64,000 nucleotides of DNA from Escherichia coli (GTDB taxonomy: Bacteria > Pseudomonadota > Gammaproteobacteria > Enterobacterales > Enterobacteriaceae), in assembly GCF_030384885.1 (NCBI RefSeq), contig NZ_CP128613.1, one strand, 5' to 3'. A model generated the notes under the pieces. That model was not told the origin of the DNA and made no database searches. It was given only the letters and a program-made list of their open reading frames with translations. Position 1 is the first letter of the stretch. Each line of letters starts with the position of its first letter. Shown here piece by piece: positions 52,142 through 64,000 of this stretch. Made by a program: the position numbers and the translations under genes.

Positions 52142-53632
52142 TCATGAACGGCTGTTTTTGTTCTGCTTATTGACATATAAACGCTCATCGGAAGCTTTAT
52201 ACGCATCATGTAACGTATCGTTTTCTTTCATCGCGTAAATACCGGAAGAGAAGCCGATCTCTTTTTGCGGCGCGATATGTTGCAGACGTTTTTCGATACG
52301 TTCAGGCAGTTGTGCTGCAATTTGCGGCGTCGAATCGACAAGAATGATGCAGAATTCATCGCCACCGAGTCGGATGGCATAATCACTTTTACGAATCGAC
52401 TGTTTAATCGCCTGAGCTAATAACGTAATCGCTAAATCCCCCTCCTGATGACCGAGGGTGTCATTTATTTGCTTTAACTTGTCCATGTCAATTGCAATAA
52501 ACATCACCGAAGAACCGGATTGCACCAGTTTTTGCAACCGCTGCTCCAGTTCAGGGGTTAATATTTTGCGATTATACAGTCCGGTCATCGCATCACTAAT
52601 ATTTTCTCGCGACACATTTTGGTATAAACGGAAGTGCATCCGGACCATATTCAGCAAAATTAACGCCGTCAAAATCCAGAACAGAACGCTTTTCCACGAA
52701 GACGTGATAAAGTAAAGAATATCAATGGATAACGAGACACGAATACCGCCCGGTAAGTCATGGACGTAACTGACATACTGGAACAGATTATCTTCGCTCT
52801 GGTTGATGATAATGTCGCGCCCTGAATCTGTATCAGTTAGCGTGACATTGAGAAAACGCCAGAGGAGAGGGCGGTCATGAGTATAAAAGATATTCCGCAG
52901 ATTGTTTTTGTTAATATCCAGCAGCACAATTCCTTTTAGCTGCCCTGCAACATACACTGGCGTCAGCAAACTCATCACGTTCTGTTTAGTACGCTGATCC
53001 TGGTAAATGCTCGATAATACGGTACGCCCGGTAAATACCTTTTCAATATCTTTGCGATCGATGCCAATACTTCCTGACTGCAGGAAGGACCAGTTATTCA
53101 TCGCAAAGTACTCAACATTAACCGGCTCATAAAAATAGACATAGCGGTCATTGAGATCGAGATAATAGTGAAATTTCTCTTCGGCCATCCCAAGACCTGA
53201 ACCGTAATCATCCTGGTGGCGGTTGCCTTCCACTGCCTGATCAAAAGCGGGTAATAGTGCTGCAGCTTCCACAATGGTGTCGCAGTCAGTGGATGCGGTT
53301 TGTAGTGTGCCGCGTAAGCCCGGGTATTTATGGGCAGTCAGGTTTAAGCCATGGGTATTATTGGCAGACTCAAAAGCCTCGCAGATGGCGCGCCGCTGTT
53401 CTGGCGACACTTCCGACTGCTCAGCAGCGAGAGCGCGCATCACATGCGCGGCAATACTCTGATTTTGATACTTATCATAAAGAAAGGAGGAATCTGCTCT
53501 CTGCACGATATAGCGCAGATAGGCACTCATTGCTCTGTCGCTGGCGACAAGTTCAAAAATAAGGAAGGAAGATGTCAGCACAATGACACTTGCGGCGATA
53601 AAATGCCGGAGCATTCTATGGTGCAATTTCAT
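52142..53632 (-). CDS. dgcJ: Diguanylate cyclase DgcJ (YeaJ)
   Basis: 496-aa product MKLHHRMLRHFIAASVIVLTSSFLIFELV... with periplasmic sensor region, TM and intact RLGGDEF; start at internal Met of ORF 52142..53812. Confidence 0.88.
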   Translation of the reverse strand: MKLHHRMLRHFIAASVIVLTSSFLIFELVASDRAMSAYLRYIVQRADSSFLYDKYQNQSIAAHVMRALAAEQSEVSPEQRRAICEAFESANNTHGLNLTAHKYPGLRGTLQTASTDCDTIVEAAALLPAFDQAVEGNRHQDDYGSGLGMAEEKFHYYLDLNDRYVYFYEPVNVEYFAMNNWSFLQSGSIGIDRKDIEKVFTGRTVLSSIYQDQRTKQNVMSLLTPVYVAGQLKGIVLLDINKNNLRNIFYTHDRPLLWRFLNVTLTDTDSGRDIIINQSEDNLFQYVSYVHDLPGGIRVSLSIDILYFITSSWKSVLFWILTALILLNMVRMHFRLYQNVSRENISDAMTGLYNRKILTPELEQRLQKLVQSGSSVMFIAIDMDKLKQINDTLGHQEGDLAITLLAQAIKQSIRKSDYAIRLGGDEFCIILVDSTPQIAAQLPERIEKRLQHIAPQKEIGFSSGIYAMKENDTLHDAYKASDERLYVNKQNKNSRS

Positions 53633-53812
53633 GATAAATGGCACTCCTTCGGTTAGTGAAACGAGAAAACCAGATAAAGTTCGATTGCGGCCTGGCACAG
53701 GGGCGCTAATTATACTCATCTCTGCGCCGCTGGGGAGGGGAAATTTAGGGGTAATAGTAATAAATTGTATGCAAAAGCCACGCAAAAAGCATGGCTCTGA
53801 ATATTTTTGCAC

Positions 53813-55288
53813 TTAAATATGATGAATAATCACTTTGTTGCCCCCCTCGCTTTTCGCTTCGCGTAAGGCTTTATCTGCTTCCGTCATGACAAGCGAGATA
53901 TTACGCGTGTCACCCGTTGAAAAAACCGTGCCAATACTGATGGTCATTTGTTCAGGAACATCATATCTGTTACTAAAACCGGTCAGGAGTTCGACATTTT
54001 TACGCATACGTTCCGCAATGATTTTTGCCTGGGCACTATTGAGTTCGGTAAATAGCAAGCCAAACACCTCACCCTCCAGTCGCGCTAAAATATCATCGGG
54101 GCGGATGCTTTGCTGGATAATATCGACAATTGAAACCAGCACTTTATCACCCACACGATGTCCCCATTGGGCATTGATGCGCTTGAACTGATTAATATCA
54201 ACCAGCATGACACAAAAGTCCTTAACAACAGGTCGCGACAATAATGACTCTACGCTGTTGAAAAAGTAGCGCCGATTATAAATATTGGTCAGTACATCAT
54301 GAACTGCCAGTTTGCTGGAGAGTTGCAGTTCCTGAAAAATGTTATAAATCAGAAAAGACACAACAAACAGTTTACTGGAAACTTCAATCCCGCGACTGAT
54401 ATACCAAATGGTGTAATTATACTCATCCAGAGTCAGTAGAAGTAAGTTGCAGCATAGCGATGCCAGACATAATAATGCTATTAACGGCCATAGTTCGCTG
54501 GCTAATCGTGTACGCATGATAATAAAGAACAGTAAAAATGCCCACAAACAAACCAATATTTTTGTATAGTTGATTCCCCAGGTCGCAGTATGGTTGTCCG
54601 GACAGTAATCGACGACATACAAAGAATAGTCAGCGTTATAACTGCTCAGATTGTGTGCCAGAAGGGGAAAAACTAAAAAAGGAATCAGCGCCAGCAACAG
54701 AATGCCAGTTTTTTTCTTATTGTTGTCAAGGATGTTGTCTTTCCCATAACAAAAGAGCGCCAGCGAGGTTAAACAAATGAAACTGAGTTGGCGGAAAATA
54801 TAGAAAATAGAAACATCATTCGACTTTGTCTGGATCAGTGTACTGCCGTTGATTGGTTTATGGATAATTACAATGGTTTCAACTAAATAGATAAGGCCAC
54901 TTAAAAATGCAAGGCTTAAAATGAGTGTTGGTAAAATTTGTTTGTTAGTGAAATACTTCATTAACATGAAAAGAAAAATGACGGCGTTAAGGAAAAACAA
55001 AGCCACAACAACCATCAGGTAATTCATCTGTGGGATGAGTTTTACATTCGTGTTTTCGTTATATAAGGTAGTAATGCACAATAAAATTAACGTCAGCAAT
55101 AAGCTGAAAATAAAAAAGCCTTGAGCTTTTAATTTTTGTGTACCCATAGAAGCCATAAAAAGGAGAGCAATGTGAGTGCTGGATTTTATTGATGGCAGAG
55201 ATATATGGTTTTGACCAGGATCAATTTTCGTTGACGATAAAAAATAATTAAAGAATAACCCCAGGGAAATACGTGTTGACCGAATCAT
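53813..55288 (-). CDS. cdgI: Degenerate GGDEF-domain membrane protein CdgI (YeaI)
   Basis: 491-aa product with multi-TM N-terminal region and GGDEF-like domain in which the active-site motif reads EGEVF; markedly AT-rich coding sequence. Confidence 0.88.
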   Translation of the reverse strand: MIRSTRISLGLFFNYFLSSTKIDPGQNHISLPSIKSSTHIALLFMASMGTQKLKAQGFFIFSLLLTLILLCITTLYNENTNVKLIPQMNYLMVVVALFFLNAVIFLFMLMKYFTNKQILPTLILSLAFLSGLIYLVETIVIIHKPINGSTLIQTKSNDVSIFYIFRQLSFICLTSLALFCYGKDNILDNNKKKTGILLLALIPFLVFPLLAHNLSSYNADYSLYVVDYCPDNHTATWGINYTKILVCLWAFLLFFIIMRTRLASELWPLIALLCLASLCCNLLLLTLDEYNYTIWYISRGIEVSSKLFVVSFLIYNIFQELQLSSKLAVHDVLTNIYNRRYFFNSVESLLSRPVVKDFCVMLVDINQFKRINAQWGHRVGDKVLVSIVDIIQQSIRPDDILARLEGEVFGLLFTELNSAQAKIIAERMRKNVELLTGFSNRYDVPEQMTISIGTVFSTGDTRNISLVMTEADKALREAKSEGGNKVIIHHI

Positions 55289-55434
55289 TTTTCCGAATGA
55301 TTGTTTTCTGAAACTAAATTGTGTAAAGGTTATGCTGTCATATTTAAAGCGATTGTAAGCTAATGTATGTAATAAATGAGATAATTTACAGTGAGCTAAA
55401 AATCAGCCAGGCGATAATGACCCGGCTGACAGTT

Positions 55435-56730
<1,296 letters not shown>

Positions 56731-56830
56731 CTACATTTGCCAACTGTTTGCTACGCCTGTGTTGCCGCTTCTCTGGCCCACGGTTCGCTGTCGTTGTAGG
56801 CCCGGTAGCATGCGTACCGGGCCATGGTTG

Positions 56831-58765
56831 TTAAGACGATTTACGTACGCGCAAATACCATTCGCACAGTAAACGCACCTGTTTACGGGTGTAGCCTTTT
56901 TCCATCATACGGTCGACAAAATCGTCGTGTTTCTTCTGCTCGTCGGTTGACGTTTTGGCGTTAAACGAAATAACCGGCAACAGCTCCTCGGTATTAGAGA
57001 ACATTTTCTTCTCAATAACCGTGCGCAGTTTTTCATAGCTGGTCCAGTTCGGATTGCGTCCGCTGTTATTCGCTCTGGCGCGCAGTACGAAGTTGACAAT
57101 CTCGTTGCGGAAATCTTTTGGATTACTGATCCCCGCCGGTTTCTCAATTTTCTCCAGCTCGGCGTTGAGAGATTCGCGGTCAAATAGCTGCCCGGTATCC
57201 GGGTCGCGATACTCCTGATCCTGAATCCAGAAATCTGCATACGTGACATAACGGTCAAAAATGTTTTGTCCATACTCAGAATAGGATTCAAGATACGCAG
57301 TCTGAATCTCTTTACCGATAAACTCGGCATATTTCGGGATCAGATAACCTTTCAGGAACTCCAGATAGCGTTCTGCCTGCTCTTGCGGGAACTGCTCGCG
57401 CTCGATCTGCTGTTCCAGGACGTAGAACAGATGAACAGGGTTTGCTGCCACTTCCACGTGGTCGAAGTTGAACACGCGAGAGAGGATCTTAAACGCAAAA
57501 CGCGTGGACAGACCGTTCATCCCTTCATCAACGCCTGCGTAGTCACGATATTCCTGATACGACTTGGCTTTCGGATCGGTGTCTTTCAGACTTTCGCCAT
57601 CATAAACCCGCATCTTCGAATAAATGCTGGAGTTTTCCGGCTCTTTCAGACGCGAAAGAATGGAAAAACGAGACAGCGTTTCCAGCGTGCCAGGTGCGCA
57701 GGGGGCGTGAGTCAGTTCACTATGATTAAGCAATTTCTCGTAGATTTTGATCTCTTCGGAAATACGCAAGCAATATGGCACCTTCACGATATAAACACGA
57801 TCGAGGAAGGCTTCGTTGTTCTTGTTATTACGGAAAGTGACCCATTCGGATTCGTTCGAATGGGCGAGAATAATCCCGTTAAACGGCAAGGCGGAGATAC
57901 CTTCCGTACCGTTGTAGTTACCTTCCTGAGTGGCGGTTAACAGGGGATGCAGCACTTTAATCGGTGCTTTAAACATCTCGACAAACTCCATGATCCCCTG
58001 GTTGGCGCGGCACAGTGCACCGGAATAGCCGTAGGCGTCCGGGTCATTCTGCGCGTAGTGTTCGAGTTTACGAATATCGACTTTCCCAACCAGCGCGGAG
58101 ATGTCCTGGTTGTTCTCATCACCGGGTTCCGTTTTGGCGATAGCAATTTGTTGCAGAATTGACGGCCAGACCTTCACTACCCGGAACTTAGTGATATCGC
58201 CACCAAATTCATGCAGGCGTTTTGCCGCCCACGGCGACATGATGGTGCCGAGATAACGGCGAGGAATGCCATACTCTTTTTCCAGAATCTGCGCATCTTC
58301 CTGCGGATTGAAAAGACAGAACGGATGATCGTTGACCGGGCTCCGCTCACCGTTAGCGCTTAATACATAGATCGGCACGAGCTGCATTAATGATTTCAGT
58401 CGCTCAGCAAGCGATGATTTACCCCCACCCACAGGCCCCAGCAGATACAGGATTTGTTTCTTCTCCTCCAGCCCCTGAGCCGCGTGTTTCAGATAAGAGA
58501 CAATCTGTTCAATCGCGTCTTCCATGCCGTAAAACTCTTCAAAGGCCGGGTAACGTGCAATGACCCGGTTAGAAAAGAGTCGAGAAAGTCTGGGTTCCTG
58601 GGCTGTATCGACCATGACAGGCTCACCGATAGCCATCAATAGCCGCTCAGCCGCGTTGGCATAAGCACTGCGATCTTGCCGACAAGTGGTAAGAAACTCC
58701 TGCAGTGTGAACTCTTCGTCCTTGGCAGCTTCATATCGCTGGCGATAGTGATCGAATATATTCAT
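56831..58765 (-). CDS. yeaG: PrkA-family serine protein kinase YeaG
   Basis: 644-aa product MNIFDHYRQRYEAAKDEEFTLQEFLTTCRQD... with Walker A (GPVGGGKSS). Confidence 0.93.
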   Translation of the reverse strand: MNIFDHYRQRYEAAKDEEFTLQEFLTTCRQDRSAYANAAERLLMAIGEPVMVDTAQEPRLSRLFSNRVIARYPAFEEFYGMEDAIEQIVSYLKHAAQGLEEKKQILYLLGPVGGGKSSLAERLKSLMQLVPIYVLSANGERSPVNDHPFCLFNPQEDAQILEKEYGIPRRYLGTIMSPWAAKRLHEFGGDITKFRVVKVWPSILQQIAIAKTEPGDENNQDISALVGKVDIRKLEHYAQNDPDAYGYSGALCRANQGIMEFVEMFKAPIKVLHPLLTATQEGNYNGTEGISALPFNGIILAHSNESEWVTFRNNKNNEAFLDRVYIVKVPYCLRISEEIKIYEKLLNHSELTHAPCAPGTLETLSRFSILSRLKEPENSSIYSKMRVYDGESLKDTDPKAKSYQEYRDYAGVDEGMNGLSTRFAFKILSRVFNFDHVEVAANPVHLFYVLEQQIEREQFPQEQAERYLEFLKGYLIPKYAEFIGKEIQTAYLESYSEYGQNIFDRYVTYADFWIQDQEYRDPDTGQLFDRESLNAELEKIEKPAGISNPKDFRNEIVNFVLRARANNSGRNPNWTSYEKLRTVIEKKMFSNTEELLPVISFNAKTSTDEQKKHDDFVDRMMEKGYTRKQVRLLCEWYLRVRKSS

Positions 58766-59200
58766 GGTATGCCGTCCTTTCGTTTTTTAGCACAGGTTAA
58801 GAGCCGTTCATATGAATAGTAGAGGCTCCCGGAAGAGGTAAACTGAACGACGTCTCTTGCTAAAACACAGCAACTCTCATGCCATTTTATCGACGATGAG
58901 AACAACGTGCCCGGTGATACACCTTCAAAATTAAGCGTAGATGGCAAATGGAAAACTTGCCTGCACGGCTTTCTTAATTTCAATGGCATATCAACAACTC
59001 ATCCATAAAATTTGCATAATTAATGTAAAGACCAGGGTCGCCAGTAACGCGTAATTCATTTGGCTGTAAGCGTGGTGTCATCTGCGTCAGGAAAATTAAA
59101 CAGTTACTTTAAAAAATGAAAACGTAAAAAGGTTGGGTTTCGATGTATTGACGGGTAAACTTTGTCGCCCGCTAAACATTTGTTTAAGGAATGATTAATT

Positions 59201-59947
59201 GTGACCAAACTCAAACTTCTGGCACTTGGAGTGCTTATCGCAACGTCTGCAGGCGTAGCGCACGCTGAAGGTAAATTTTCCCTGGGCGCAGGCGTAGGTG
59301 TCGTTGAACACCCATATAAAGATTACGATACCGATGTTTACCCAGTACCGGTAATCAACTATGAAGGCGATAACTTCTGGTTCCGTGGCTTAGGTGGTGG
59401 TTACTACCTGTGGAATGACGCAACGGATAAACTTTCAATTACCGCTTACTGGTCGCCGCTTTACTTCAAAGCTAAAGACAGTGGCGATCACCAAATGCGT
59501 CACCTGGATGACCGTAAGAGCACCATGATGGCTGGTCTGTCTTATGCTCACTTTACCCAGTACGGTTACCTGCGTACCACCCTGGCTGGCGATACCCTGG
59601 ATAACAGCAACGGCATCATCTGGGATATGGCCTGGTTGTATCGTTACACCAACGGTGGCCTGACCGTGACTCCGGGTATTGGTGTGCAGTGGAACAGCGA
59701 AAACCAGAACGAATACTATTATGGCGTATCGCGCAAAGAGTCTGCGCGCAGCGGTCTGCGTGGCTATAACCCGAACGACAGCTGGAGCCCTTACCTGGAG
59801 CTAAGTGCCAGCTACAACTTCCTCGGTGACTGGAGTGTTTACGGTACCGCGCGCTACACCCGTCTGTCTGATGAAGTTACTGACAGCCCAATGGTGGATA
59901 AATCCTGGACTGGCCTGATTTCTACCGGGATCACCTACAAATTCTGA
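59201..59947 (+). CDS. mipA: MltA-interacting outer-membrane protein MipA
   Basis: 248-aa product with signal peptide (MTKLKLLALGVLIATSAGVAHA) and beta-barrel-like alternation ending ...GITYKF. Confidence 0.92.
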   Translation: MTKLKLLALGVLIATSAGVAHAEGKFSLGAGVGVVEHPYKDYDTDVYPVPVINYEGDNFWFRGLGGGYYLWNDATDKLSITAYWSPLYFKAKDSGDHQMRHLDDRKSTMMAGLSYAHFTQYGYLRTTLAGDTLDNSNGIIWDMAWLYRYTNGGLTVTPGIGVQWNSENQNEYYYGVSRKESARSGLRGYNPNDSWSPYLELSASYNFLGDWSVYGTARYTRLSDEVTDSPMVDKSWTGLISTGITYKF

Positions 59948-60036
59948 TAATGCATCTTTCCAGGGCATTTTGTGCATAAAAACAGGGCGTAACGCCCTGT
60001 TTTGCATTACGGTGGTGCAATACCTGGGAGGAAACA

Positions 60037-60891
60037 ATGCAACAAAAAATGATTCAATTTAGTGGCGATGTCTTACTGCCAGCCATAGGGCAGGGAACAT
60101 GGTATATGGGCGAAGATGCCAGTCAGCGTAAAACAGAAGTTGCTGCACTACGCGCGGGCATTGAACTCGGTTTAACCCTCATTGATACCGCCGAAATGTA
60201 TGCCGATGGCGGTGCCGAAAAAGTGGTTGGGGAAGCATTAATCGGTCTGCGTGAGAACGTCTTTCTCGTCTCTAAAGTCTATCCGTGGAATGCTGGCGGG
60301 CAAAAAGCGATAAATGCATGCGAAGCCAGTTTACGCCGTCTCAATACTGATTATCTCGATCTCTACTTATTACACTGGTCTGGCAGTTTCGCTCTCGAAG
60401 AGACTGTCGCAGCGATGGAAAAATTGATCGCCCAGGGAAAAATCCGCCGCTGGGGCGTTTCTAACCTTGATTATGCCGATATGCAGGAACTCTGGCAGCT
60501 GCCGGGGGGAAATCAGTGTGCCACTAATCAGGTGCTTTACCATCTCGGTTCACGAGGGATTGAGTACGATCTACTGCCCTGGTGCCAGAAACAGCAGATG
60601 CCGGTGATGGCTTACAGTCCATTAGCCCAGGCCGGCCGGTTGCGCAATGGACTGTTAAAAAATGCGGTAGTCAACGAAATTGCACATGCTCACAATATCA
60701 GTGCGGCACAAGTATTGTTGGCGTGGGTAATCAGCCATCAGGGTGTGATGGCGATTCCAAAAGCGGCAACTGTCGCACATGTCCAACAAAATGCGGCTGT
60801 GCTTGAGGTTGAACTTTCGTCAGCGGAATTAGTTATGCTGGATAAAGCGTATCCGGCACCAAAAGGAAAAACTGCGTTGGATATGGTGTGA
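60037..60891 (+). CDS. yeaE: Aldo-keto reductase YeaE
   Basis: 284-aa product MQQKMIQFSGDVLLPAIGQGTWYMGEDASQRKTEVAALRAGIELGLTLIDTAEMY... Confidence 0.92.
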   Translation: MQQKMIQFSGDVLLPAIGQGTWYMGEDASQRKTEVAALRAGIELGLTLIDTAEMYADGGAEKVVGEALIGLRENVFLVSKVYPWNAGGQKAINACEASLRRLNTDYLDLYLLHWSGSFALEETVAAMEKLIAQGKIRRWGVSNLDYADMQELWQLPGGNQCATNQVLYHLGSRGIEYDLLPWCQKQQMPVMAYSPLAQAGRLRNGLLKNAVVNEIAHAHNISAAQVLLAWVISHQGVMAIPKAATVAHVQQNAAVLEVELSSAELVMLDKAYPAPKGKTALDMV

Positions 60892-60898
60892 TGTTGAT

Positions 60899-60930
60899 AC
60901 GTGCCGGATGCATCGCACCCGGCACACAAT
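60899..60930. terminator. Bidirectional hairpin between convergent yeaE and yeaD
   Basis: GTGCCGG-ATGCATCGCAC-CCGGCAC inverted repeat between the two stops. Confidence 0.55.
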
Positions 60931-60941
60931 ATTAACGCAAA

Positions 60942-61826
60942 TTAACGTTTCGCAACGCGAATGGATTGCGCCAGATGTGCAGGTTTCTCTTTGGTGACTT
61001 TTTGCGTTTCTGAAGCGTATGCCGTTTCTACACAAACAAAGGTCTTGTAGCCATCATCCGGCATATCGCCCATGCTAACTGAAAGCGCCGGTCCTGGGTT
61101 CCAGCCTACAACGTTCAGATGATGCTGGTGGCCTACGGCGATAATACGATTCAGCGCTTCGTCATTAATTACGCTGCAATCTTGCGGATTCAGATACACG
61201 CGATCGGTACGGTCAGGGAAGGTCTGAATACCGTCGGTCAGTACATCTTCTTTCGCGTCATTTACTTTATCAATGAAGCGATCGCCTAGTCCACTGACGC
61301 TTACCTTAGCGATATCACCCACGTTAAAGTAGGTATGCAGAGCAGAGGTAGTTTCAAATTCGCCGTGTGCTTCAAGATCGATTTCACAGGTTTTACCCAC
61401 GTGGAAATGCGCTAACAGCGTAAAGTCGTGCGGCCAGAATTTTTTCGTCTCTTCGCTTTGTGTCAATTCAAAAGTCAGCGCTACACCATCAGCATCTTCA
61501 CGATGTGATTTCAGCGTCCACGGCAGGTTGCGGGCAAAACCGTGCGCAGGCAGACCTTGTTGTGCAGCCGGACCAAACCACGGCCAGCAAACCGGTATGC
61601 CACCGCGAATGGCGACGCCATTTTTGAACGGTGTGTTGTTACTCAACCACAGAACTTCTTCTTCACCCGCAGGTTTCCACGAGAGAAGGTGTGCGCCCTG
61701 TAATGCAAAAGAGGCTTTTACCTGGGGATGATCGACCACAATGAGGTCCAGTTCATCCAGTTTACGACGGGAGAGAACAGGGGAGATTTGTTCGATGACC
61801 GGAAGGGCAAAAATTTTCTTAAACAT
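60942..61826 (-). CDS. yeaD: Glucose-6-phosphate 1-epimerase YeaD
   Basis: 294-aa aldose-1-epimerase-like product M(F)KKIFALPVIEQISPVLSRRKLDELDLIVVDHPQVKASF...; start at internal Met of ORF 60942..61847. Confidence 0.88.
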   Translation of the reverse strand: MFKKIFALPVIEQISPVLSRRKLDELDLIVVDHPQVKASFALQGAHLLSWKPAGEEEVLWLSNNTPFKNGVAIRGGIPVCWPWFGPAAQQGLPAHGFARNLPWTLKSHREDADGVALTFELTQSEETKKFWPHDFTLLAHFHVGKTCEIDLEAHGEFETTSALHTYFNVGDIAKVSVSGLGDRFIDKVNDAKEDVLTDGIQTFPDRTDRVYLNPQDCSVINDEALNRIIAVGHQHHLNVVGWNPGPALSVSMGDMPDDGYKTFVCVETAYASETQKVTKEKPAHLAQSIRVAKR

Positions 61827-61873
61827 GACGCAGTCCTTTAACTTCATTTTATCAGGTAAAAAAAAGAGCGACC

Positions 61874-61905
61874 GAAGTCGCTCTTTTTAGATCACAGAGT
61901 CATCT
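61874..61905 (-). terminator. Intrinsic terminator after gapA
   Basis: AAGAGCGAC-CGAAG-TCGCTCTT hairpin with T8 on the minus strand. Confidence 0.8.
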
Positions 61906-61909
61906 CAAC

Positions 61910-62917
<1,008 letters not shown>

Positions 62918-63246
62918 CTATTTGTTAGTGAATAAAAGGTTGCCTGTAAAATTACAAAAACCTTACGCAGCGTCAAGCGGAATCGTGTCAATCATTGCGA
63001 CAAATCAATCCTGTGCCTAAGCATTATGCGACTGACTCGCCTCACTCTTCCTTTGGGCTTGAGACCACATGGGGTCGGCGCCCCGAATTTTAAAGGGCAA
63101 TTACGATAAAAATGTGATTTTCATCACGATTTAGGTGCAGCCATTTCGTCGAGATCAAGTTTAGGACAAAATTTTGCCAGTTGGTGTTAATGTTTTGTTA
63201 GAATCAGTCACGTAATGTGAGCACGATTAAAGTGAGATGTAAGCAA

Positions 63247-63660
63247 ATGGCTAATAAACCTTCGGCAGAAGAACTGAAAAAAAATTTGTCCGAGATGCAG
63301 TTCTACGTGACGCAGAATCATGGGACAGAGCCGCCATTTACGGGTCGTTTACTGCATAACAAGCGTGACGGCGTATATCACTGTTTGATCTGCGATGCCC
63401 CGCTGTTTCATTCCCAAACCAAGTATGATTCCGGCTGTGGCTGGCCCAGTTTCTACGAACCGGTGAGTGAAGAATCCATTCGTTATATCAAAGACTTGTC
63501 ACATGGAATGCAGCGCATAGAAATTCGTTGCGGTAACTGTGATGCCCATCTGGGGCATGTCTTCCCCGACGGGCCGCAGCCAACGGGTGAACGTTATTGT
63601 GTTAACTCAGCCTCTTTACGCTTTACCGATGGCGAAAACGGCGAAGAAATCAACGGTTGA
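63247..63660 (+). CDS. msrB: Peptide methionine-(R)-sulfoxide reductase MsrB
   Basis: 137-aa product [33 protein letters not shown]... with CxxC...CxxC zinc site and SelR fold. Confidence 0.93.
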
Positions 63661-63701
63661 AAAAACGATTCAGCAACTTATTCCACAGGAGCGGAAAAAT
63701 T

Positions 63702-63974
63702 ATGAATCTTGATGACATTATCAACAGCATGACGCCTGATGTATACCAGCGTTTGTCGACTGCCGTTGAGCTGGGGAAATGGCCTGATGGCGTTACGTTG
63801 ACCGAGGAACAAAAAGAGAACTGCCTGCAACTGGTGATGCTGTGGCAAGCCCGCCATAATACCGAAGCTCAGCATATGACAATTGACACAAATGGTCAGA
63901 TGGTTATGAAGAGCAAACAACAGTTAAAAGAAGATTTTGGTATCTCAGCAAAGCCTATTGCCATGTTTAAATGA
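63702..63974 (+). CDS. yeaC: DUF1315 protein YeaC
   Basis: 90-aa product MNLDDIINSMTPDVYQRLSTAVELGKWPDGVTLTEEQKENCLQ...; start at internal Met of ORF 63657..63974. Confidence 0.85.
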   Translation: MNLDDIINSMTPDVYQRLSTAVELGKWPDGVTLTEEQKENCLQLVMLWQARHNTEAQHMTIDTNGQMVMKSKQQLKEDFGISAKPIAMFK

Positions 63975-64000
63975 TTGGTTTATCCCCTTTTTGCCGCGGT

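Noticed and set aside
57266-57940. 224-aa plus-strand ORF antisense to yeaG
   Set aside because: Embedded antisense to yeaG with no independent signals.
60899-60930. REP/mobile palindromic element candidates (also 38599..38636)
   Set aside because: Each is a single hairpin between convergent genes with no tandem REP consensus copies; better explained as bidirectional terminators.

Overview
This window reads as a contiguous stretch of Escherichia coli core chromosome, the yobA-yebZ-yebY ... gapA-msrB-yeaC region, in reverse orientation relative to the usual K-12 map. I could assign about 70 protein-coding genes by recognising their translated products, plus the SdsR/RyeA antisense sRNA pair, the mntP Mn(2+) riboswitch leader and a set of intrinsic terminators. 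I found no rRNA or tRNA genes, CRISPR arrays, transposases, integrases, phage genes or defence-island signatures. The main functional blocks are the letAB (yebST) MCE lipid-transport pair, proQ-prc-htpX, the manXYZ mannose PTS, sdaA-nudL-pabB, the yeaVWX carnitine-to-TMA operon, dmlRA, the yeaR-yoaG nitrosative-stress operon, and four c-di-GMP genes (pdeD, dgcP, dgcJ, cdgI). The one gene-sized element I cannot place is a 150-aa pentapeptide-repeat ORF (30457..30909) sitting six nucleotides after, and in frame with, yoaH. It is the best candidate for something unannotated or strain-specific, but I cannot confirm novelty without a database search. Everything else looks like ordinary, well-described core genome. 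All assignments rest on sequence reading and recall of K-12 proteins; no searches were run.
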